From positions 10,478,001 through 10,542,000 of the forward strand of contig NC_135821.1 of NCBI RefSeq assembly GCF_964213995.1: a DNA stretch of 64,000 bases, in the 5' to 3' direction. The stretch comes from Mustelus asterias (lineage: Eukaryota). Position 1 is the first letter of the stretch, and every line of letters begins with the position of its first letter. The position numbers and the translations under genes are program-made. The notes beneath the pieces are model-generated. The model made no database searches and was not told the origin of the DNA. It was given only the letters and a program-made list of their open reading frames with translations. Below are positions 34,940 through 47,631 of this stretch, piece after piece.

Positions 34940-36760
34940 AATCACAGAGTCCCTACAGTGCAGAAGGAGGCCATTCAGCCCATCGGGGCTGCACCAACAA
35001 CAATCCCACCCAGGCCCTTTCCCCATAACCGCACGGATTTACCCCCGACACCAAGGGTCAAATTAACATGGCCAATCCACCTAACCTGCACCTCCTTGAA
35101 ACCAGAGCCCCACCCGGAGGAAACCCACGCAGACACTGGCATAACTATAGGGTTCGTGGTGGGAGATACAGGAAGGATATCAGAGGTAGGTTCTTTACGC
35201 AGAGAGTGGTTGGGGTGTGGAATGGACTGCCTGCAGTGATAGTGGAGTCAGACACTTTAGGAACATTTAAGCAGTTATTGGATAGGCACATGGAGCACAC
35301 CAGGATGATAGGGAGTGGGATAGCTTGATCTTGGTTTCAGATAAAGCTCGGCACAACATCGTGGGCCGAAGGGCCTGTTCTGTGCTGTACTGTTCTATGT
35401 TCTATGACACGGGGAGAACGTGCAAACTCCACACAGTCATCCAAGGCCGGAATTGAACCCAGGTCCCCGGCATTGTGAGGCAGCAGTGCTAACCACTGTG
35501 CCACCGTGCCGCCCCACCTTCCTGCACCCGGTCCGTAGCCCTGTAGCTTACAGCAATTAAGGTGCAGATCCAGGTACTTTTTAAGAGTTTAGGGTCTCTG
35601 CCTCCAGCACCAACTCGGGCAGCGAATTCCAGACACCCACCACCCTCTGCGTAAAAAAATTGATCTTCATGTCCCCCCCTACACCTACTGCCACTTATCC
35701 TGAACCTGTGAACCCTGGTTCTAGAATTCTCCGTCAAGGGAAACAATTTTATTCTGTCCACTCTATCTCCGCCCCTCATAATTTTGTCCACCTCGATCAA
35801 GTCACTCCTCAACCTTCTTTGTTCCAAGGAAAATAACCCCAACCTTTCCAATCTCTCCTCATAGCTACTCTTTTCCAGCCCTGGCAAAGTTCTTGTAAAC
35901 CTCCTCTGCACTCTCTCCAGAGCCATTACGTCCTTCCTGTAATATGGTGACCAGAACTGCCCACAATACTCCAGTTGTGGCCTCACCGATGTTTTATACA
36001 ATTCCAACATTATATCCTTACTTTTAAATTCTATACCTCTGCCAATGAAGGAGAACATTCTATACGCCTTCTTTACAACCTTGTCTACTTGAACTGCTGC
36101 CTTTAGGGACCTGTGTACTTGTCGCCAAGATCTCTCACTTCATCTACCCACCTTGGTTTATTCCCATTTATTGTGTATTCCCCATAACTGTTTTTTTAAA
36201 TTCAGTCATGGGGCATGGGCGTCGCTGGCTGGACCAGCATTATTGCCCATCCCTAGTTGCCCTTGGAGGGCAGTTGAGTCAACCACATTGCTGTGGATCT
36301 GGACTCACATGTAGGCCAGACCGGGTAAGGATGGCAGATTTCCTTCCCTAAAGGGACATTAGTGAACCCAGATGGGTTTTTCCCTCCAATCGACAATCGG
36401 AGATTCTTAATTCCAGATATTTTTTATTGAATTCAAATTTCACCAGCTGCCGTGGTGGGATTCGAACTCGGGTTCCCCAGAGCATTAGCTGAATTTCTGG
36501 ATTAATAGTCTGGTGATAATACCACTCGACTATCACTTTTGACCTCCCTAAATGCATTACCTCACACTTCCCTGTGTTAAAATCCAGCTGCAACTTTACC
36601 GCTCACTCCACCAACCCATCGATGCCATTTTGGAGATTATAGCTATCCTCTACATTATTCACTACTCGGCCAATCTTTGTGTCGTCTGCAAATTTCCCTA
36701 TCGTGCTCCCTGCATTCACGTCCAAATCATTAATATATGACACAAACAGCAAGGGTCCCA
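34940..36760 (-). mobile_element. Cluster: HE1 SINE with a CR1 3' insert (35141-35406, plus), then a CR1 fragment (35515-36760) interrupted by a SINE
   Basis: ORF 35489-36058 GIEFKSKDIMLELYKTSVRPQLEY; KFADDTK remnant near 36690. Confidence 0.8.
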
Positions 36761-36976
36761 ACTTCAGTGGTTTTTCTATTCATTTTTGGGATGTGGGCAT
36801 TGCAAGCAAACCCAGCATTTATTCCCTTGGGAAGGTGATGGTGAGCTGCCTTCTTGAACTGCTGCAGTCCAGGTGACTCCAGTTCCACACCCCTGTTATT
36901 GAGTCTTAATTGCCCCTCTGAAATGGGCCTCGCAATTCAAGTTATAATTATAATGATGGGCAACAAATGCTGGCCT

Positions 36977-37835
36977 TGCACGGTGGCACAGTGGTTAGCA
37001 CTGCTGCCCCACAGTGCCGGGGACCTGGGTTCGATTCCCGGCTTGGGCCACTGTCTGTGTGGAGTTTGCACGTTCTCCCCGTGTCTGTGTGGGTTTTCTC
37101 CGGGTGCTCCGGTTTCCTCCCACAGCCCAACGATGTGCGGGTTAGGTGGATTGGCCATGCTAAATTGCTCCTTAGTGTCAGGGGGACTAGCTAGGGTGAA
37201 TATATGGGGTTACGGGAATAGAGCGTGGGTGGGATTGTGGTCGGTGCAGACTTAATGGGCTGAATGGCTTCCTTCTGCACTGTAAGGATTCTATGATTCT
37301 TTGATTCTATGTGCAGGTTAGGTGGATTGGCCATGTTAAATTGCCCCTTAGTGTCCAAAGATGTGTAGGTTAGGTGGATTGGCCATGCTAAATTGCCCTT
37401 TAGTGTCTGAAGATGTGCAGGTTAGGTGGATTGGCCATGCTAAATTTCCCCTTAGTGTCTGAAGATGTGCAGGTTAGGTGGATTGGCCATGCTAAATTTC
37501 CCCTTAGTGTCCAAAGATGTGCAGGTTAGGTGGATTGGCCATGCTAAATTGCCCCTTAGTGTCCAAAGATGTGTACGTTAGTTGGATTGGCCGTGCTAAA
37601 TTGCCCCTTAGTGTCCAAAGATCTGCAGGTTAGATGGATTGGCCATGCGAAATTGCCCCTTAGTGTCCAAAGATGTGCAGGTTAGGGGGATTGGCCATGC
37701 TAAGTTGTCCCTTAGTGTCAGGGAGATGAGCAGGGTAAATGTGTGGGGTTATAGGAATAGGGCCTGGGTGGGATTGTGGTCAGTACAGACTCGATGGGCC
37801 GAATGGCCTCCTTCTGCACCGTGGGGATTCTGTGA
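36977..37835 (+). mobile_element. HE1 SINE followed by about 8 copies of the 52-bp unit and a second tail
   Basis: Tandem units over about 37310-37720. Confidence 0.85.
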
Positions 37836-39220
37836 TTGCCCAGAGATGCCAACATCCCGTCAAGGGATAAAGAAATAATTCCCTGCTGATTGGTGGAAGG
37901 GAAGGGGGCATTGGGAAAATCTCAGATTGCATCAAACCATTTCAGTTACAGAGAGGAAACCGTTTGGATCAGTTTTGTTTCTAACTCGGTTCCTGAAATC
38001 ATTTCAACTTCCCCTTTCCTTCAATCGATCTCCAGTACCGTAATTCTTTGACTAAATGCACGCATTTCAGTGGCTGTTTCAGGGTGGCTGACTCTGAGCT
38101 GTTCTACCAGGTGGGGCTTCCGGTGTCTCCCCTGTTGTCTGTTGACTGAAGTCTCTGAAATGGGCAGAGGGCAGGGTTGGAGAGAGGGAGGTTGGGGTGA
38201 TGTGGTGAGGTGGGACAGGGGGGAGTGGGGGTTGAGGGCGGGGGAGGAAGCCAAATGCCAGATGTCAACTTCTGGAAGCCCTGGTCACAATGGCGCGTCC
38301 ATTGAAATGGATAGATGGCACTTTGGGGGTTTACCCACTGACTGAGCGAGACGACTCCCATTGTCCACACGACACTGTGACATGACGGAGTGGCTTTGTA
38401 ACACTGGGTTGGGCGCAGATGTCACACAAGTTGACTCACTTCCCTTGATTCCTGGCAGTCCCTCAGGGTCAGGGATGACTGGGTGGCACGATGGCACAGT
38501 GATTAGCACTGCTGCCTCACAGTGCCAGGGACCTGGGTTCAATTCCGGCCACGGGTGACTGTCTGTGTGGAGGTTGCACATTCTCCCCGTGTCTGCGTGG
38601 GTTTCCTTCGGGTGCTCCGGTTTCCTCCCACACTCCAAAGATGTGCGGGTTAGGTTGATTGGCCGTGCTAAATTGCTCCTTAGTGTCCAAAGATGTGCAG
38701 GTTAAGTGGTAGCCATGCTAAATTGACCCTAGTGTCAGGGGGATTAGCAGGGTAAATATGTAGGGTTGCAGGGATAGGGCAAGGTGGGATTGTGGCCGGT
38801 ACAGACTCAATGGGCCGAATGGCCTCCTTCTGTACTGTAGGGATTCTATGATTCTATGACTTGCTTCCACTCCGGGGGATCGGGGGATCGGGGGGCGGGG
38901 GGGGGGGGGGGGGGGTGGGGGTCCCGCCACGCCACGGGAATCGGAGCGGGCGAGGGGTGGGCCATGGAAAGGTCCTTGGATCTCGGGCGGGATTTTCCAG
39001 TTTTGGGGCGAGCAAGGCCGGAAATTCCTGCCCATAGATTCCCTACAGTGCAGAAGGAGGCCATTCGGCCCGTCGGGCCTGCACTGGCAACAACCCCACC
39101 CAGACCGTATCCCCATAACCCCACATATTTACCCTGCTAATCCCCCCTGGCACTCATCAATTTAATAAGAAGTCTCACAACACCAGGTTAAAGTCCAACA
39201 GGTTTATTTGGTAGCAAATA

Positions 39221-39257
39221 CCATAAGCTTTCGGAGCGCTGCTCCTTCGTCAGATGG
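39221..39257 (-). ncRNA. Minimal hammerhead ribozyme in a Penelope-like fragment (39165-39265)
   Basis: CCAU-CUGACGA-A-GGAGC(AGC)GCUCC-GAA-AGCU-U-AUGG. Confidence 0.72.
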
Positions 39258-39994
39258 ATTTCCACTCCCGTGACCCCCTCCCACCTTCCCGCTACTGGGT
39301 TCCTCAATCAGACACTGGTGGCCCCTCAGGGAATCCAGAAGCAAATACGCTCTTTCTCCCTCAGAAGGAAATAAAAAAAACACATTTCATTTATATAGCA
39401 CCTTCAGGGTGTTTCGAAGCTGCTCACAGCCAATGAAATAATTTCCAAGTGCAGCCATTCTTGTAATGCAGCGGACATGGTGGCCATTTTGTGCATAGCA
39501 AGATCCCACAGGCAGCACCGACATAAATGATCTTTTCACCTGTCTTTTTCAGATGTCATTGAAGGGTGTATGTGGGCCAAAGATGCTCGCGTGGATAGAC
39601 AAGCCTGTATGGTTTGCCTCAGTTAAAATGCTTCATTCTGAGGTATTTCTGCCCAATGTAACTCATCATGTTCTGCTTTAAAGCTAACTTAAGCTCATTT
39701 GGCCACAGTTTAAAACTCAGCTGGGAATTCTGGGTCCAGTCTAGAAAATTGCCTTCCTTATTTGAAACTGCAATGTTAACAGAAGTGGTTCTTTTCATAA
39801 GCAAGCTCTCATGGCCACAGCTGCAAATTGTTTTGTGAACGTTACAGATATTGTTCCGACTGTTTGTACCTGTTAACTTCATATCACAGATAAGAATCCA
39901 CATATATCGGAGTTAGTTATATGTTTTGTTAGGTCAGTTGTGTTGAATCCTGTGCAAGCTTTTGGATCAAGTCTGTATTGGCTCTCTCTCTTTG

Positions 39995-40560
39995 GGTAGC
40001 ACGGTGGCACAGTGGGTTAGCACTGCTGCCTCACAGCTCCAGGGACCAGGGTTCGATCCCTGGCTTGGGTCCCTGTCTGTGCGGAGTCTGCACGCTCTCC
40101 CCGTGTCTGCGTGGGTTTCCTCCGGGTGCTCCGGTTTCCTCCCACAGTCCGAAGGACGTGCTGGTTAGGTGCATTGGCCATGCTAAATTCTCCCTCAGTG
40201 TACCCGAACAGGCGCCGGAGTGTGGCGATTAAAAAGTAAAGTTTATTTATTAGTCACAAGTAGGCTTATATTAACACTGCAATCAAGTTACTGTGAAAAT
40301 CCCCTAGTCGCCATACTCCGGCACCTATTCGGGTACACTGAGAGAGTGTAGATCTTTGGACACTTAAGGGGCAATTTAGCATGGCCAATGCACCCTAACC
40401 AGCGTGCCTTTCGGACTGTGAGGGAAAACAGAGCACCCGGAGGAAACCCACGCAGACACGGGAAGAACGTGCAGACTCCACACAGACAGTGACCCAAGCC
40501 GGGAATCAAACCCGGGTCCCTGGCACTGTGACACAGCAGTGCTAACCACTTTGCCACCTG
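39995..40560. mobile_element. Two tail-to-tail V-SINEs with the alternative (Rex-like) tail
   Basis: Plus copy at 39995-40235, minus copy at 40236-40560. Confidence 0.8.
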
Positions 40561-40724
40561 CTCAAGCGCTTGGAGTGAGGTTTGAAACCACAATCTTTCA
40601 ACTCAGAGGTGAGAAAGCTATCACTGAGTCACGGCTGAATCATATTTTAAAATGTAGTTCACACGGCATTACAGAGGAAAGGAATGATTTGCATTTGCGT
40701 ACCGCTGTTGCGTACAAACATCCG

Positions 40725-42220
40725 AATTAGGAACAGGAGGAGGCCACTCGGCCCCTCGAGCCTGCTCTGCCATTCAATAAGATCATGGCTGATCTGATTG
40801 TAAGCTCAATCCCACATTCCTGCCAACCCCTCGATAACCTTTCACCCCCCCCTTGTTAATCAAGAATCTACTTCGCTTTGCCTTAAAAATATTCAAAGAC
40901 TCTGCCTCCACTGCCTTTAGAGGAAGAGAGTTCCAGAGACTCACCATCCTCTGAGAGAACAAAAATTCTCCTCATAGGAACATAAGAACTAGGAGCAGGA
41001 GTAGGCCATCTGGCCCCTCGAGCCTGCTCCGCCATTCAATAAGATCATGGCTGATCTTTTTGTGGACTCAGCTCCACTTACCCGCCCGCTCACCATAACC
41101 CTTAATTCCTTTACTGTTCAAAACTTTATCTATCTTTGCCTTAAAAACATTCAACGAGGCAGCCTCAACTGCTTCACTGGGCAGGGAATTCCACAGATTC
41201 ACAACCCTTTGTGTGAAGAAGTTCCTCCTCAACCCAGTCCTAAATCTGCTTCCCCTTATTTTGAAGCCATGCCCCCTAGTTCTAGTTTCACCCGCCAGTG
41301 GAAACAACTTCCCTGCTTCTATCTTATCTATTCCCTTCATAATTTTATATGTTTCTATAAGATCTCCCCTCATTCTTCCAAATTCCAATGAGTATAGCCT
41401 CAATCTCTCCTCACAAGCCAACCCTCCCAACTCCAGAATCAACCTAGTGAATCTCCTCTGCACCCCCTCCAGTGCCAGTATATCCTTTCTCAAGTAAGGA
41501 CCCCTTATTTTTAAACAGTAACCCCTAGTCCTAGATTCTCCGACTGTGTACAGTTCTGGTCACCCTATCATAGAAAAGATATTATTAAACTAGAAAGAGT
41601 TCAGAAAAGAGTTACTAGGATGCTACCGGGACATGATGGTTTGAGTTATAAGGAGAGGCTGGATAGACTGGGACTTTTTTCTCTGGAGCATAGGAGGCTT
41701 AGGGGTGATCTTATAGAGGTCTATAAAATAATAAGAGGCATAGATCAGCTAGATAGTCAATATCTTTTCCCAAAGGTAGGGGAGTCTAAAACTAGAAGGT
41801 ATAGGTTTAAGGTGAGAGAGGAGAGATACAAAAGAGTCCAGAGGGGCAATTTTTTCACACAGAGGGTGGTGAGTGTCTGGAACGAGCTGCCAGAGGCAGT
41901 AGTAGAGGCGGGTACAATTTGGTCTTTTAAAAAGCGTTTAGACAGTTACATGGGTAAGATGGGTATTGAGGGATATGGGTCAAAGGCGGGCAATTGGGAC
42001 TAGCTTAGGGGTTAAAAAGAGGGTCGGCATGGACAAGTTGGGCTGAAGGGTCTGTTTCCATGCTGTAAACCTCTATGATTCTATGACTCTATAAGAGGAA
42101 ACATCCTTTCCACACCCACCCTGTCAATACCCCTCGGGATCTTAAAGATTTTGATCAAGTCGCCTCTTACTCGTCTAAACTCCAGCAGATACAAACCTAA
42201 CCTCTTCAACCTTTCTTGAT
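40725..42220. mobile_element. Nested CR1 3' fragments (minus 40725-41500 including 40975-41500; plus 41544-42090)
   Basis: ORFs 41068-41493 and 41620-42003 with RGDLIE and FFTQRVV; microsatellite tails. Confidence 0.85.
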
Positions 42221-42715
42221 TTGATTCATTATTGTCACGTATTGGAATACAGTGAAAAGTATTGTTTCTTATGCGCTATGCAGACAAAACATACTTTTCA
42301 TAGAGTACATGGGTGGGGGGGTGGAAGGAAAGAAGAGGGTGCAGGATGTAGTGTTACAGTCATAGCTAGGGTATGGAGAAAGATCAGCTTAATATATGGT
42401 AGGTCCATTCAAAAAAGTCTGACAGCAGCAGGGAAGAAGCTGTTCTTGAGTCGGTTGGTACGTGACCTCAGACTTTTGTATCTTTTTCCCGAGGGAAGAA
42501 GGTGAAAGAGAGAATGTCCAGAGTGCGTGGTGTCCTTGATTACGCTGGCTGCTTTTCCCGAGGCAGCAGGAAGTATAGATGGAGTCGATGGATGGGAAGC
42601 TGGTTTGCGTGATGGACTGGGCTTTGTTCACGACCCTTTGTCGTTTCTTGCGGTCTGGGGCAGAGCAGGAGCCATACCAAGCTGAGATACATTTGGAAAG
42701 GATGCTTTCCATGGT
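42217..42715 (-). mobile_element. Rex1/Babar LINE 3' fragment
   Basis: ESILSKCISAWYG peptide; family tail. Confidence 0.8.
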
Positions 42716-43806
42716 TACCTCGTAAGACAACTCACTTGTTCCTAGTATAAGTCTAGCAAACCTTCTGCGAACTGCTTCTAATACGTTTACATCCTTCCTT
42801 AAATAAGGAGTTAAATACTGTAGCTGTACTTAATTATTTTATACTGTAGCCATGTTCCAAGTAGTGACCTTTACCCCCTTGACGGACAAGGGCAGCAGAC
42901 GTATGGGAATCACCCGCAAGTTCCTCTCCAAACCGCACACCATCCTGACTTATTTATTTACTTTTTAGTGTCACATGTAGGCTTACATTAACACTGCAAT
43001 GAAGTCACTGTGAAAATCCCCTGGTCGCCACACTCCGGCCCCTGTTTGGGTACACTGGGGGAGAATTTAGCACGGCCAACGCACCCCAACCAGCATGCCT
43101 TTCGAAAATATATCAGTCATTCCTTCACTGTCGTTGGGTCAAACTCCATCCCTAACAGCACTGTGGGTCCGCCTACACCTCGGGGAATAATTGGTTAAAT
43201 TGGGTTTCCCCCATTGTTTGATGGTACAATGATAGGTGTGGGCGTAAGGATCTTAGATGAGAAATAAAGATTACCAAGAGTTTAAGATGCAATGGAGAAT
43301 CTGTACCTGGAAGGTTCCGTTTAATCTTTTGTTCACCATTATAATCTTCCCGTTGCTTCATCTGTTTATAATAAAGAACAAAGAACAAAGAAAATTACAG
43401 TGCAGGAACAGGGCGGCACGGTGGCACAGTGGTTAGCACTGCTGCCTCACAGCGCCAGGGACCCGGGTTCGATTCCCGGCTTGATTCAGTCTCTGTCTGG
43501 AGTTTGTACGTTCTCCCCGTGTCTGCGTGGGTTTCCTCCGGGTGCTCCGGTTTCCTCCCACAGTCCAAAGATGTGCGGGTTAGGTTGATTGGCCATGATA
43601 AAATTGCCCCTTAGTGTCGGGGGGTGGGAAGGATTATGGGGATAGGGCCTGGGTGGGATTGTGGTCAGTGCAGACTCGATGGGCTGAATGGCCTCCTTCT
43701 GCACTGTAGGGATCCTATGGAAATTATACAGAACAGGCCCTTCGGCCCTCCATGTATTTGTCAAGACAGCCCTTAAAAGTCACAATCATATCTGCTTCCA
43801 CTACCT

Positions 43807-43843
43807 CCATCTGACGAAGGAGCAGCGCTCCGAAAGCTTATGG
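43807..43843 (+). ncRNA. Minimal hammerhead ribozyme in a Penelope-like fragment (43795-43903) nested in CR1
   Basis: CCAU-CUGACGA-A-GGAGC(AGC)GCUCC-GAA-AGCU-U-AUGG; identical to the 39221-39257 copy. Confidence 0.75.
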
Positions 43844-45282
43844 TATTTGCTACCAAATAAACCTGTTGGACTTTAACCTGGTGTTGTGAGACTTCTTACT
43901 GTGTCCACTACCTCCCCCAGCAGTGAGTTCCAGGAACCCATCACCACCCTTTGTGTAAAATAAATTGCCTCGTGCATCTCCTTTAAACCTTGCCCCTCGC
44001 ACCTTAAACCTATGCCCCCTAGTAATTGACTCTTCCACCCTCGGAAAAAGTTTCTGACTATCCACTCTGTCTATGCCCCTGATAATCTTGTAGACTTCCA
44101 CCAGGCAGTGAAAAGGACTAATTTAACCCCGAGTGGTAAAACACTGAGGCCAGAATTTTCAGGATGGAGTGCACTCGATGGATATCATCGGGAGAGACAG
44201 CGGGGAACACAACCCCCGCCGTCCGACAAGCCCACCTCCATTTCACACTCAATGGAGCGTCGATTGGCAGAAGGTGGGAGTTCTTGGATGGAAGCCCCTC
44301 CTTGGAGATCTGTCGGCCAGTCAGATTCAGGCCTTCCAGGCACAGCGCTACAGTGGCCGGTAGAGGTACTGCAATGCGGGGCCTGAGTCTAAGTGCTGGG
44401 ATCGCAGTTCATCGAATCATAGAATCGCTACAGAGCGGAAGGAGGACATTCGGCCCATTGAGTCTGTGCCAACTCTCTGATAGAGCATCTTACCTAGACC
44501 CTATCCCTGTAACACCTCTTTTTTACCCTGTTAATGCCCCTAATTTACACATCTTTGGATACTAAGGGGCAATTTAGCATGGCCAATCAACCTAACCTGC
44601 ACATCTTTGGACATTAAGGGGCAATTTAGCATGGCCAATCCACCTAACCTGCACATCTTTGGACACTAAGGGGCAATTTAGCGTGGCCAATCCACCTAAC
44701 CCACACATCTTTGGACACTAAGGGGCAATTTAGCGTGGCCAATCCACCTAACCTTCAGTGTCCAAAGATGTGCAGGTTAGGTGGATTGACCATGGTGAAT
44801 GTGTGGGGTTACGGGGATAGGGCAGGGGAAAGTGCCTGGGTAAGATACTCTGTCGGAGAGTTGGCGCAGGCTCGATGGGCCAAATGGCCTCTTCTACACT
44901 GTAGGAATTCTATGATTCTCTGCTGTGGATACTTCGAACTATTTCATCTTTCGACTGGGCGCTCTACAGCCTCCCAGACTCAACACTGAATTCAACAAAT
45001 TCCGATCCAGTTTTAGTTACTCGGAACAGCTGTTCCTTACCGGCCTTAATGAAATCTGTGTTAATCTTGTAGACCTCGATCAAATCTCCCCACGATCCGC
45101 TTTGCTGCCAGGGGAGGCGCTGGCATAGTGGGATTGTCACTGGGTTAGAAATCCAGGGACCCATCATTCTCTGGGGAAGATGGGTTCAAATCCCACCAAC
45201 AGCAGATGATGAAATTTGAATTCCCTAAAAAGAGAACCGAGAATTGAAAACCTAATCGCGACCAGGAACCCATCTGGTTCAC

Positions 45283-45683
45283 TATTTGACTTGATTTATT
45301 ATTGTCACTTGTATTGGGATGCAGTGAAAAGTATTGTTTCTTGCACGCTATACAGACAAAGCATACCGTTCATAGAGAAGGAAATGAGAGAGTGCAGAAT
45401 CTAGTGTCACTGTCATAGCTAGGGTGTAGAGAAAGATCAACTTAATGCGAGGTAGGTCCATTCAAAAGTCTGACGGCAGCAGGGAAGAAGCTGTTCTTGA
45501 GTCGGTTGGTACGTGACCTCAGACTTTTGTATCTTTTTCCCGACGGAAGAAGGTGGAAGAGAGAATGTCTGGGATGCGTGGGGTCCTTGATTATGCTGGT
45601 TGCTTTTCCCGAGGCAGCGGGAAGTGTAGATGGAGTCAATGGATGGGAGGCTGGTTTACGTGATGGATTGGGATACGTTCACG
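45283..45683 (-). mobile_element. Rex1/Babar LINE 3' fragment
   Basis: DPTHPRHSLFHLLPSGKRYKSL..RLKNSFFP peptide. Confidence 0.82.
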
Positions 45684-46365
45684 TAGCCATACCTTATTGT
45701 AAGGGTCCTTTAAGATCATCTATATTCTTGCTTGGTCGGCATGTGAGTCTTAAATGACCATCTCACTCAGTTCAAATGCAAATTATGGGCATCCGCATTC
45801 TGTAAATAATTTGAACTTTGTTTTAAAAAGAAAGGAGAACTTCTCCAGCCCAATGTTCTAGCACGTCTGGTAAATCCGCTCTGCACTTTGAATTAAATTC
45901 AGCCCAGGCATCTTTAACACATCCGTGGTTCTCTTTTCTGTTTGCACAGTTCCCTCTTCAGCCGCTGACGCTATGGCAATCTGTATTTAGCTCAATTCAG
46001 AGGTTTATGGTAATCGTTGAGAAATAGGCCTGAACTTTAACAGCCTCGAGAGGAAGTGGATATGAACAGAGTGTTTGAGGACCAGTGCAAGTCAAACCTT
46101 GCAACACATGAAGGGGACATTCTCTCTCTCTCTATCTCTCAGGGACGGTGTCACACTGGGAGTTCTTGTCCAGTCACCATTGCTGTCCGATTATCGCACA
46201 TTGGCACGGAACTGCAAACTGAACAACTTTGCAAAGAATGGAGGGTGGCCAAGAGAGTAAGTAAAGTTTTTATTGTCGCTGACCTGCTGCTTCTGTTGTT
46301 GGTCGGGCCAGGTGAGGTGTTCTGCCCCCTCGGGCTGTGACCGAGACAGAAAGACCCCAAGCCCA

Positions 46366-46923
46366 AAGTGAGGCCACACCTGGAGTGCTATGTACAGTTT
46401 TGGTCTCCTTACTTGAGAAAGGATATACTGGCACTGGAGGGGGTGCAGAGGAGATTCACTAGATCGATTCCAGAGTTGAGAGCGTTGGCTTATGAGGAGA
46501 CTGGGGCTACACTCATTGAAATTCAGACGAATGAGGGGAGATCTTAAAAAGATTATGAAGGGAATAGATAAGATAGAAGCAGGGAGGTTGTTTCCACTGA
46601 CAGGTGGAACTAGAACTAGGGGGCATAGCCTCAAAATAAGGAGAAGCAGATTTAGGACTGAGTTGAGAAGGAATTCTTCACACAAAGGGTTGTGAATGTG
46701 TGGAATTCCCTGCCCAGTGAAGCAGTTGAGGCTACCTCATTGAATGTTTTTAAGGCAAGGATAGATAAATTTTTGAACAGTGAAGGAATTGAGGGTTATG
46801 GTGAGCGGGCGGGTAAGTGGAACTGAGTCCACGAAAAGATCAGCCATGATCCTATTGAATAGCGGAGCAGGCTCGAGGGGCCAGGTGGCCTACTCCTGCT
46901 CCTAGTTCTTAGGTTCTTATGTT
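46366..46923 (+). mobile_element. CR1 3' fragment
   Basis: [24 protein letters not shown]; tail TTCTTAGGTTCTTATGTT. Confidence 0.85.
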
Positions 46924-47631
46924 CAACACCCAGGGTTTACACCCCCCCTCAAATAGCAGGCACAGCTGACCTCAGCAGGGGGGGTTTGGTTGCGGGGAAT
47001 GTCAGGTGGGAAATAGGCACACCGGAATTCTACCGCCCCGCTCGCCACGGGAATCGGAGTGGGTGAGGAGCGGACAATGGGAAGGCCCGTTGACCTCAGG
47101 CAGGATTTTCCAGTCTCAGGTCGAGCTGGACTGTAAAATCCTGCCTGGTGAGTCCCAGGAGCGATGCACCATGTAGTTGCACTGCCGTCTGAGACTGCAG
47201 CTAAAGAATCATGGAATAGAATCCCTGCAGTACAGAATGAGGCCATTCAGCCCATCAAACCTGTACCAACCACAATCCCACCCAGGCCTTATCTCCGTAA
47301 CCCCACATATTTATCCTGCTCATCCCCCTGACACTAAGGGACAATTTAGCACGGCCAATCCACCTAACCCGCACATCTTTGGACTGTGGGAGGAAACCGG
47401 AGCACCCGGAGGATACCCACGCAGACACGGGGAGAACGTGCAGACTCCACACAGACAGTGACCCGGGGCTGGGATTCGAACCCGGGTCCCTGGCGCTGTG
47501 AGGCAGCAGCGCTAACAAATGTGCGTGGAAAGAGTTGGGGGTCCAATGTACATCAGGGGAGCAGGCAGAGCCCAGGGGGCCAGCTGTGTGCCCGGTTTTG
47601 AATGCGGAGGGTACTGCCCCTGAGGTGTAGG

